Under the pieces are notes generated by a model, which saw only the letters and a list, made by a program, of their open reading frames with translations, did no database searches and was not told the DNA's origin. A stretch of 64,000 nt of DNA, from NCBI GenBank assembly GCA_015272205.1, contig JACYMB010000142.1, forward strand, positions 2,381-66,380, given 5' to 3'. Position 1 is the first letter of the stretch. Every line of letters starts with the position of its first letter. The translations under genes were made by a program, and so were the position numbers. This stretch comes from Synechococcales cyanobacterium T60_A2020_003 (GTDB lineage Bacteria > Cyanobacteriota > Cyanobacteriia > RECH01). Positions 56,227 to 64,000 of the stretch are shown here, one piece after another.

Positions 56227-57546
56227 TTGACCGGACGGCAACCGAATCCAACCTCTATTGAGAACATTGTGTCTTGGCTCATGGGAGAGGAGCCAAGCAC
56301 CTCTGAATCGCTGTTTACGCCAGAGGCCGCATCGGATTCTGAACCGTCTGACCCATTGGAGCAGCCTCCCAGCACAGAACCGTCCAGCGCAGAAACGATT
56401 CCACCGATCTTCCCATCAAATCCTTCCCCGTTGGAAACACCAGAACCAGCAGTGCCGGATTCCCTTGCAGGATCTAGTTTTTCAGAGCTTAATCCACCGC
56501 CACCGTCCGAGAATGCTGGGGAAGAGCGATCGCCCACCCCCGTTTCCACCCCAGCAGCAGCTACACCTCAGCCGATGCCTGCCGCTGAAGGAGAAGGGCG
56601 ATCGCCCGTTGGTGAACCTCAACCGTTACCGAGTATTGCCCCCCCATCCCCGTCCCCGGAAACATTTATCCAACCAGGGATGCGTCCCACCGAACCCGAG
56701 GTAGCTTTGTTCTCGGTTGAAGTCCCTGGGGGTACAGATACGGAACCCATTCCTCCTGTCCCAGATACAGGCCGTCCGGTTGATCGCCCTGCCGAAACGC
56801 CCCTAACCAGCGAACCAGCGGCGATACCCGTGGATCAGACCTTCCTTCAACTGCTGACTCACTATCAGCAGCAGCACGGTGAAGCGGCCACCCAGGAACT
56901 ACTATCCAGGGCGCTAATTGAGTACGAACAGCGCAATGGCATACCGGGAACGAACGAACTGCTGCGTCGGGTCATGCAGGCAATTCGCGAGGACGAAGGG
57001 ACAGCCGTAGCCGCTAGCGTGGTGTCTAATTTAGCGGAAGACTTGGGAGACGTGCCACCGATGGAATCTGGGGCGGTGGCGATCGCCGATTTTCCCGATC
57101 CAGAAGCGCAACGGGTGCCGCCGCCGCCCGTCGTAGAAACGAATATCTCGAATGTGCCGATCCCCACTGCTGCCGGGGATAGCAGCCGTCAAAATCTGCT
57201 CAATTTTTTGCCGTTAGCGTTGGTCGCCGCGATCGCGGGCAGTGCGCTGGCGTTTACCCTTTTGCGTCGGTCTCAGCAGGTTCCGTTCACCCTCTTTGCC
57301 CTATCAGGGTGGACAGAGATTGTCCCCTGGGTGGAGGATGCGATCGCCAGTCAAATTCCGTCCCCTCCTCCCAGTCCCTCCCCACCGATTACTGAGCCTG
57401 TAGAACCGATCGAGCCGATTCAGCCCATTGAACCGATTGAACCATTCGACCCGAATCCCTCCCCGCTGCCCAACCCCACCGCATCGCCCACAACGCTGCC
57501 CTATCCCAATCCGGATGAGCCATTACCTGGAGTTCAGCTTTGGTGA
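56227..57546 (+). CDS. Proline-rich membrane-anchored protein, function unknown
   Basis: Long ORF (TTG at 56227, or ATG at 56281). About 200 aa are P/E/S-rich, followed by a short helical block, one TM helix (LLNFLPLALVAAIAGSALAFTLL) and a Pro-rich tail with six tandem 9-bp units (57403-57456). Confidence 0.55.
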   Translation: MTGRQPNPTSIENIVSWLMGEEPSTSESLFTPEAASDSEPSDPLEQPPSTEPSSAETIPPIFPSNPSPLETPEPAVPDSLAGSSFSELNPPPPSENAGEERSPTPVSTPAAATPQPMPAAEGEGRSPVGEPQPLPSIAPPSPSPETFIQPGMRPTEPEVALFSVEVPGGTDTEPIPPVPDTGRPVDRPAETPLTSEPAAIPVDQTFLQLLTHYQQQHGEAATQELLSRALIEYEQRNGIPGTNELLRRVMQAIREDEGTAVAASVVSNLAEDLGDVPPMESGAVAIADFPDPEAQRVPPPPVVETNISNVPIPTAAGDSSRQNLLNFLPLALVAAIAGSALAFTLLRRSQQVPFTLFALSGWTEIVPWVEDAIASQIPSPPPSPSPPITEPVEPIEPIQPIEPIEPFDPNPSPLPNPTASPTTLPYPNPDEPLPGVQLW

Positions 57547-57637
57547 TGGCGCGGTTTTCCGATCCGCACCCGTTCTGAAAGATTGATAAATTTGACCTAC
57601 AGTTTTCATTGGGGGCTTAGTTTCAAGGAGAGGTACG

Positions 57638-59641
57638 GTGGCTCAAGCAACGGATGTATTAATCGTGGGCGGTGGCATGATTGGCATGGCGATCGCCGTT
57701 GAATTAGCGCTGCGGGGACGAGCCGTAACCGTGTTGACGCGCAGCACCTCGGAGGCGGCAGGACTCGCGGCGGCAGGAATGCTGGCTCCCCAAGCGGAAG
57801 AGATTGACCATGCCGCCCTGCTGGATCTTTGTGTTCGCAGTCGGTCGCTGTATCCAGACTGGATTGCAAAACTAGAAGAACTCAGCGGTCAGTCGGCAGG
57901 ATATTGGCCCTGTGGGATTCTGGCACCGCTGTACTCTAGCCCGTCAGTCTCCACACGCTTACCAGGGACAGAATCTTCCCTCCCCCGGCAATGGCTGGAT
58001 CAAATGGCCATTCGCTACGCCCAGCCCGGCCTGGGTGCGGATGTGGTTGGCGGCTGGTGGTATCCAGAAGACGGACAGGTTGATAATCGCGCGTTGATGG
58101 CGGTGCTCAAGGGAGCCGCAGAAGGGCTAGGGGTTCGCATTCAAACGGGCATTACCTTAACCGGACTACGCCAGCGTTGCGGTCAAATTCAGTCCGTGCA
58201 GACCACAGCGGAGGACTGGCACGCCCATCATTACGTTTTAGCCCTGGGAGCCTGGAGCCATGATCTGCTTCCCCTTCCGGTGCATCCCTGTAAGGGACAA
58301 ATGCTGTCCTTACAGGGCGCAGATCGGTTAGAGACGCCCCTGCGACGGGTGCTGTTTGGCGAGGACATTTACATTGTGCCGCGTCGGAATGGACAGATTG
58401 TGATTGGCGCAACGAGTGAACGGGTAGGCTTTCAACCGGGCAATACGGCAGCAGGCATTCAAGCCCTGTTGCAGCGAGCCACCCGCCTGGTTCCTGGCTT
58501 AGAAGCGTTAACCATCGAGGAACTGTGGTGGGGCTTTCGTCCGACGCCCCCGGATGAGCTACCGATCCTAGGGGAAAGTCCATGGGAAAATCTAACCTTG
58601 GCAACAGGCCATCATCGGAATGGCGTTCTGTTAGCTCCCGTCACCGCCTCGCTACTAGCCGATCGCATTGTGAACCAAACGGACGATCCATTGCTGTCCC
58701 ATTTTTCATGGCAGCGATTCACAACGTCTGCAACCTCTGGGGCGATCGCTCCTCTCTCGCCCTCCCCTGTATCCTATGCTCAACCTGTATTGGAGTCTAT
58801 ACCTGTGCAAACCTTAGAATCTTCGGCTACACCCCTATCCACCTTTGAGGATTCCCCCCTTGTAATTGCGGGACGGTCTTTCAAATCGCGCTTGATGACC
58901 GGATCGGGGAAATACCGAACCTTTGATCACATGCGCGGGGCGATCGCCGCTAGTGGATGCGAAATCGTCACGGTGGCTATCCGCCGCGTCCAGACCAATG
59001 CCCCCGGACACGAAGGCTTAGCCGAGGCTCTGGACTGGAGCAAAATTTGGATGCTGCCCAACACGGCAGGCTGCAAAACCGCCGAGGAAGCGGTACGAGT
59101 GGCGCGATTGGGGCGTGAAATGGCCAAGTTGCTGGGTCAGGAAGACAATACCTTCGTCAAGCTGGAAGTCATCCCCGATCCCAAGTATCTGTTACCCGAC
59201 CCGATCGGCACCCTCGAAGCTGCGGAACAACTGGTTAAAGAAGGGTTTGCAGTGCTGCCCTACATCAATGCTGATCCCTTACTAGCCAAACGCCTTGAAG
59301 AGGCAGGCTGTGCCACCGTGATGCCTCTGGGATCGCCGATTGGGTCGGGGCAGGGCATTCGCAACGCCGCCAATATCGAGATCATCATCGAGAATGCTTC
59401 AATTCCGGTGGTGGTGGATGCCGGAATTGGGACGCCCAGCGAGGCGGCGATGGCAATGGAAATGGGGGCATCGGCACTGCTGATCAACTCGGCGATTGCC
59501 CTGGCTCAGAATCCCGTCCTAATGGCGCAGGCCATGGGACAGGCCACCGCCGCTGGACGCATGGCCTACCTAGCAGGGCGCATTCCCGTCAAAACCTATG
59601 CGATCGCCAGTTCCCCCATCACCGGAACCATCACGGAGTAG
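57638..59641 (+). CDS. thiO/thiG: Bifunctional glycine oxidase ThiO / thiazole synthase ThiG fusion
   Basis: N-terminal FAD fold ([18 protein letters not shown]) of DAO/ThiO type, about 370 aa. The C-terminal ~260 aa are ThiG-like (LMTGSGKY..., KLEVI.D...[15 protein letters not shown]). GTG start. Confidence 0.85.
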   Translation: MAQATDVLIVGGGMIGMAIAVELALRGRAVTVLTRSTSEAAGLAAAGMLAPQAEEIDHAALLDLCVRSRSLYPDWIAKLEELSGQSAGYWPCGILAPLYSSPSVSTRLPGTESSLPRQWLDQMAIRYAQPGLGADVVGGWWYPEDGQVDNRALMAVLKGAAEGLGVRIQTGITLTGLRQRCGQIQSVQTTAEDWHAHHYVLALGAWSHDLLPLPVHPCKGQMLSLQGADRLETPLRRVLFGEDIYIVPRRNGQIVIGATSERVGFQPGNTAAGIQALLQRATRLVPGLEALTIEELWWGFRPTPPDELPILGESPWENLTLATGHHRNGVLLAPVTASLLADRIVNQTDDPLLSHFSWQRFTTSATSGAIAPLSPSPVSYAQPVLESIPVQTLESSATPLSTFEDSPLVIAGRSFKSRLMTGSGKYRTFDHMRGAIAASGCEIVTVAIRRVQTNAPGHEGLAEALDWSKIWMLPNTAGCKTAEEAVRVARLGREMAKLLGQEDNTFVKLEVIPDPKYLLPDPIGTLEAAEQLVKEGFAVLPYINADPLLAKRLEEAGCATVMPLGSPIGSGQGIRNAANIEIIIENASIPVVVDAGIGTPSEAAMAMEMGASALLINSAIALAQNPVLMAQAMGQATAAGRMAYLAGRIPVKTYAIASSPITGTITE

Positions 59642-59644
59642 GAG

Positions 59645-60112
59645 CTAAAACGGGATGTCGTCAAAATTCGTCTCGTCAGTGCTTGGAGCAGCATAGGCAG
59701 GTTGGGGAAGCTCTTGACGGACGGTCTTGGCGGCAGGTGGCGGGCTAGACAGGCGCGATGGGGTGGCGGCGGTCGTAGCGACGGGCGCACTATAGCTAGT
59801 CACCGTCCCGCCCGAACCCAAACGATGCAAACGCCGAACCGTCACCTCCGCCCGCTTTTCTTTGAACCCTTCCGGGCGATCGACGGTGTTCATGCTGAGG
59901 CGACCTTCAATCAAAATGCGATCGCCCGCATGGTATTGCTCCTGAATTTCCTGCGCGAGATTGCCCCAGCCAATCGCCTTCAGTTGGGCAGGGGGTTCAC
60001 CCTCCCGGGTTCCCTCAATCTGCACCATCATTTCGGCGATCGCCAGATTATCTGCGGTGTAGCGGAGCTGCGGATCCTGGACGATGTCGGCTAAAAAAAT
60101 GCAACTGTTCAT
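59645..60112 (-). CDS. ssb: Single-stranded DNA-binding protein
   Basis: OB-fold N-terminus (MNSCIFLADIVQDPQLRYT) and the acidic C-terminal tip DDIPF. Confidence 0.9.
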   Translation of the reverse strand: MNSCIFLADIVQDPQLRYTADNLAIAEMMVQIEGTREGEPPAQLKAIGWGNLAQEIQEQYHAGDRILIEGRLSMNTVDRPEGFKEKRAEVTVRRLHRLGSGGTVTSYSAPVATTAATPSRLSSPPPAAKTVRQELPQPAYAAPSTDETNFDDIPF

Positions 60113-60336
60113 GGCGTTGAAATGGTCTTAAAAGTGGTTGGACTAGGTGATCGCTTTCGATACCACCGGAGAGCGCTAGTGTCCCTAAACCCTTGGTGTA
60201 GCGATACCGAAACGAGTGCTTGTTCCGGCGAACCGTCGCAAGCGGCTTCATCATATCGTGTTTGGCTTGGGCGTCAACCCCGAAGCAGCCTTTTTCTAGC
60301 TTAAAACATTTGTACTGCTTTCGAAAAGGGCGATCG

Positions 60337-62886
60337 CTACAGGCTGAGGGTTTCATAATCGTAGGACGATTCACCCAGGTCAATTTCTCGATCCACAAAT
60401 TCTTGGACGTAGGCGCGATACTCCCGCAAAGTCTCGTCCACCCAACCGCGATCGTTGCTGTTGGCCACAAGATGCACCAACGGTTCCCCCGCATCGGGCA
60501 AGACCAAGATCCAGCTATCGTGCTGCGCGTTCAGAATCTTGACGCCATCCGTCAGGTCTAAATCTTCACTGGGATGACTTTCGACAAAATAGCGCATCAG
60601 TCGGCCTTTCACCGTCCACGGACACCGGACCGTAATAGAGCGATGACAAACACGCGGTAATTCTGCCCGAATTTGAGCCAGTGAACGATCCTGAATCGTC
60701 AGTTTCTCAATCAACTTGGCAATACAGAACATGGCGTCAAAGCCGGGGTGGAGTTGGGGGAAAATAAAGCCCATCTCGCCACTGCCCCCTAGCACAACGT
60801 CCTGATCCGCGTGGCAAGCCTCCATGAGCGCCGTCGGATTCGCCTTGGTTCGCACCACCCTGGCATCGTGGCGACGGGCAATTTGCTCCACAGCGCTAGA
60901 GGCGTTGACTGGAACCACAATCGTGGATCGCGGATGCTCCGTTAAGAAGACATGCGCCATGAGGGCCGTTAGCAATTCTCCGCGAATGGGACTGCCAGTT
61001 TCGTCTACCAAGATGAGTTGTTCCCCATTCGCAGACACCTGCACACCTAGATTGGCCTTAATCGCTTCGACCACATGACCCAACTGATTCAGCAGCACCT
61101 CCCGGTCTTGGGCAGATGGCGCGTTCTGACTCAAGCTGGCATTGAGAACCACGGCATCACAGTCAAACTTATTCAGCAACTGGGGCAGCACTGCACCCGA
61201 CACCGCGTACACGTAGTCAATCACGACTTTAGAATTACCGTTCCGGATGGCCTCCACATTCAGCAAGCGCTCAAAGGCAATGCTGTAAAGGTTCACGATT
61301 TGGCTGGGATAAACAACGTCGCCAATCTCTGGGATCTGTGCCCGTCGGAAATCTTCCTTAAAATACGCCCCTTCGATCTTTTTCTCGCGGGCTTTTGAGA
61401 TATTAATGCCGTGCTCATCAAAGAATTCAATCAAAATATGGTCGGAACGCTCTGGATCCACCCGCACATGGATTCCCGCTGCACCTTGAAGGATGGGAAC
61501 CACGGTACGGGCAAGCGGAATAGCGGTGGCTTCAAGGTTCTGAACATTAATGCCGACCGACATCAACCCAGCAATGAGCGATCGCGACACCATCCGCGAA
61601 ATACTGCGCTGATCTCGTGAAACCATCACTTCCGAACCGGGTTTTAGCGTCGAGCCAAAGGCCGCTCCCAGCCGTACGGCAAATTCCGGCGTTATATCAA
61701 TATTGGCTAATCCCGCCACGCCCCGTTGCCCAAACAAATTGCGATGCGCGGCCTGTCCCCAGATTAAATTCATATTCAAGATCGCCCCTGGTTCAATGAG
61801 CTTACTTGGCCAGACGCGCACACCGGGGTTAACCTGAGCCTCCTCACCGACGGTAGATAGCGATCCTACAACCGCCCCTTCCAACACATGAGCCCGTCGA
61901 TCAACCCGAACACCCCGACCCGTCACACAGGCTCGCAAGTGCGCCTCATCACCAACGATGACTCCATTCCAAATGATCGGGCGTTTCAAATCTGCATCAG
62001 ATCCGACAGTTACGTTATCGCCAATCACGGTTCCCGGTTCAATCGTCACCCGTTCGCCAATGCGGCAGTTGTGCCCGATTAATACGGGGGCTTTTAGGTG
62101 GGCGGTAGAGTTGATATGGGTGTTCTGCCCAATCCAAATACCGGGCGATCGCTCCTCGTAGGCAAAATCAAGCTGAACCCGTTGCGAAAGGGCATCGTAC
62201 TGGGCTTTGCGATAGGCATCTAGATGACCCACATCGCACCAGTACCCATCCGTAATAAAGCCATACATGGGTTCGCCCTTTTCCAACAGCAACGGAAAGA
62301 GATCTTTCGAAAAATCCGCTTCCTGATTGGGGGGCAGGTATTCCAAAACCTCTGGTTCCAGAATGTAGGTGCCAGTGTTCACCGTATCCGAGAAAATTTC
62401 GCTGCTGGATGGCTTTTCTAAAAATCGACGAATGCGCTGGGCTTCATCGGTAATCACCACACCGAACTCTAGGGGGGTTGGAACGTGCTTTAGAATCAGC
62501 GTTGCCTTTGCGCCACGCTCTTTGTGGAACCGAATCGCGGCTGACAAATCAAAATCAGTAATACTATCACCGCTAATCACCAGAAACGTGCTGTCGAGGA
62601 GTTCAGCCACATTCTTTACACATCCGGCGGTGCCCAGGGGTTGATCTTCTTCGACCGCATAGGTCATCTGGACTCCGAAATCGCTACCATCCTGGAAATA
62701 GTCCCGCATCACATCCGGCAAATAATGGAGCGTTGCAATAATTTCCCGGATATGGTGCCGTTTGAGCAGATTAATAATGTGTTCGGCAATTGGGCGATTG
62801 AGAATCGGCACCATGGGTTTGGGTAAATCGCAGGTGAGCGGACGTAGCCGCGTTCCTGAACCTCCGGCCATCAACACTGCTCTCAT
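60337..62886 (-). CDS. Bifunctional sugar-1-phosphate nucleotidyltransferase / phosphohexomutase (mannose-1-P guanylyltransferase / PMM-like)
   Basis: N-terminus MAGGSGTRLRPLT, a left-handed beta-helix region, and a C-terminal alpha-D-phosphohexomutase-like half. Start placed at the ATG (MRAVLMAGG) at 62886. Confidence 0.8.
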   Translation of the reverse strand: MRAVLMAGGSGTRLRPLTCDLPKPMVPILNRPIAEHIINLLKRHHIREIIATLHYLPDVMRDYFQDGSDFGVQMTYAVEEDQPLGTAGCVKNVAELLDSTFLVISGDSITDFDLSAAIRFHKERGAKATLILKHVPTPLEFGVVITDEAQRIRRFLEKPSSSEIFSDTVNTGTYILEPEVLEYLPPNQEADFSKDLFPLLLEKGEPMYGFITDGYWCDVGHLDAYRKAQYDALSQRVQLDFAYEERSPGIWIGQNTHINSTAHLKAPVLIGHNCRIGERVTIEPGTVIGDNVTVGSDADLKRPIIWNGVIVGDEAHLRACVTGRGVRVDRRAHVLEGAVVGSLSTVGEEAQVNPGVRVWPSKLIEPGAILNMNLIWGQAAHRNLFGQRGVAGLANIDITPEFAVRLGAAFGSTLKPGSEVMVSRDQRSISRMVSRSLIAGLMSVGINVQNLEATAIPLARTVVPILQGAAGIHVRVDPERSDHILIEFFDEHGINISKAREKKIEGAYFKEDFRRAQIPEIGDVVYPSQIVNLYSIAFERLLNVEAIRNGNSKVVIDYVYAVSGAVLPQLLNKFDCDAVVLNASLSQNAPSAQDREVLLNQLGHVVEAIKANLGVQVSANGEQLILVDETGSPIRGELLTALMAHVFLTEHPRSTIVVPVNASSAVEQIARRHDARVVRTKANPTALMEACHADQDVVLGGSGEMGFIFPQLHPGFDAMFCIAKLIEKLTIQDRSLAQIRAELPRVCHRSITVRCPWTVKGRLMRYFVESHPSEDLDLTDGVKILNAQHDSWILVLPDAGEPLVHLVANSNDRGWVDETLREYRAYVQEFVDREIDLGESSYDYETLSL

Positions 62887-63041
62887 GATGTCCTCCTTAA
62901 CAGTTAGCGATCTCGACACCCACGATGGGCAAAAGTCTAGAGTCCTTGGATGCCAGCACAGTCTTCACGCTTTAGAGTGTAGGTACCTGAGCGACACAAG
63001 CTGGAAACGGAAGCGTTTACTCAAGGCGTTTGATCATCCCC

Positions 63042-63284
63042 ATGGCTCACTCTATTGAACCGTGGGGAAATGTAAAAAAATACGAAGTTAAAGCATTGAC
63101 TCTATATGCTTCTGAGCATACCGAAGAAAGCGGTTTCCCTGCTGACTATATCAAACGTGAAGGGGCGAAACCGAATGCTCTCTATCCTTCACGGGCAGTC
63201 ATTACGTTTAGTATTCAAACAAGCATGATGGTTCTGAGCATACCCCAGGCCATAGTCGGGTTTTTGTCAGCTATCCTACACTGA
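63042..63284 (+). CDS. Possible small protein (80 aa), doubtful
   Basis: An ORF only. It has a hydrophobic C-terminus, lower GC3 than its neighbours, and no motif I recognise. Confidence 0.25.
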   Translation: MAHSIEPWGNVKKYEVKALTLYASEHTEESGFPADYIKREGAKPNALYPSRAVITFSIQTSMMVLSIPQAIVGFLSAILH

Positions 63285-63354
63285 AAGGAAGACTCTGAAT
63301 TTGAATCGGATTCTGAATCAGCGTCATTGTTCAACCGTTTCTGGAGATTGTGCA

Positions 63355-63534
63355 ATGCCTTTGCTTGGACTATTGTTACTCCTTGCCTATGGTGGCGGAG
63401 CTTGGAAATTTTGGAATGGCTTTCACCGTACGAATTACAGTCAGGGGCGTTTGTATCTCACAGCGCTCTGGCCTGTGCTGCTAGCCGCAAACCGTTCCTA
63501 TCGGCAGAATTTTAATAAAGCACTAAAGGGATAG
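63355..63534 (+). CDS. Small two-helix membrane protein (59 aa)
   Basis: ATG-initiated MPLLGLLLLLAYGGGAWKFW...LTALWPVLLAAN, giving two hydrophobic helices. Confidence 0.45.
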   Translation: MPLLGLLLLLAYGGGAWKFWNGFHRTNYSQGRLYLTALWPVLLAANRSYRQNFNKALKG

Positions 63535-63636
63535 GCGTTTCCTAAGGGCGAGGGGCTATTATGCAGCCCCTGGTTCGTACTTCAGCACGGAATCACGCTG
63601 TACGCCCGATCTGCTTACGTCGTTTAGGGATACGTC

Positions 63637-64000
63637 ATGGCAAAAAAAGCAAATACAAATACTGCCAGTGGGCCAGGATTATCAGGTTTTTTGGGCGATC
63701 GCCCCACCGGGTGGCAGCTCCTCATTGATGCAGTCGCTCAGCGCTACAACAAGGAATACAAGGGAGAAGCGTTTGATTTACCTGCCGAAGTGGAAGCGTT
63801 ACCCGTCTTTCGGGATTGGGCCAGTCATCAGTTAGCCAGCCGGATTGCGTCTCCCTTTTGGGCGATCGCCAAACCGAAAAAGGGCGATCGCTGTCTTGAT
63901 TTGGGCTGTGGGTTAAGTTTTTTGATCTATCCTTGGCGGGACTGGGAGGCCTACTTCTACGGGCAGGATATCAGCACCGTTGCGCGAGATGCCCTCACCT
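63637..64000 (+). CDS. Class I SAM-dependent methyltransferase, N-terminal part (runs off the window)
   Basis: ATG at 63637, with the frame open to the window end. Motif I-like CLDLGCGLSF sits near the end. Confidence 0.55.
   Translation, partial: MAKKANTNTASGPGLSGFLGDRPTGWQLLIDAVAQRYNKEYKGEAFDLPAEVEALPVFRDWASHQLASRIASPFWAIAKPKKGDRCLDLGCGLSFLIYPWRDWEAYFYGQDISTVARDALT

Noticed and set aside
60048-60254. An ORF between ssb and the nucleotidyltransferase gene whose start (MMKPLATVRRNKHSFRYRYTKG) resembles the N-terminal half of ribosomal protein L34.
   Set aside because: The similarity covers only about 18 residues of a basic peptide. The remainder is unlike L34, and the ORF runs into ssb in another frame. 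This is most likely chance.

Overview
The window is a cyanobacterial chromosomal segment. The HIP1 octamer GCGATCGC is extremely dense, and cyanobacteria-typical genes are present (btpA, ycf39-like, sds, hetZ, a thiO-thiG fusion, a rimO-DEAD-box helicase pair). hetZ suggests a filamentous lineage. I can support about 55 protein-coding genes, most of them core housekeeping: rsmE (partial), sds, purN, dxr, polA, rimO, pstSCAB, prlC, lepB, ndk, nadK, cimA, ssb and others. I found no rRNA, tRNA, CRISPR array, transposase, integrase or reverse transcriptase, and no canonical multi-gene defence island. Accessory-looking material is limited to four things. (1) Three families of short hairpin (MITE-like) repeats. 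(2) Two AT-richer, HIP1-poor islets, one with a lectin-like gene at about 23.75-24.86 kb and one with a DUF433/DUF5615 toxin-antitoxin pair at about 55.3-56.0 kb. (3) A compositionally atypical pstSCAB operon. (4) Two orphan DNA methyltransferases. I cannot point to one clearly novel system. The best leads are: (a) the tight rsmE - TPR protein - nuclease-less Eco57I/TaqI-type methyltransferase block; (b) a CRR6-like gene translationally coupled (TAATG) to a beta-class methyltransferase behind a strong hairpin; (c) a giant TPR-GT9-GT4 glycosyltransferase co-oriented with a stand-alone cNMP-binding protein and a lectin-like gene, with twin C7 tracts in its interdomain linker; (d) family A repeat copies that show a compensatory stem substitution. 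All functional calls come from motif recognition in the supplied translations. No database search or computation was run, and GC statements are by eye.
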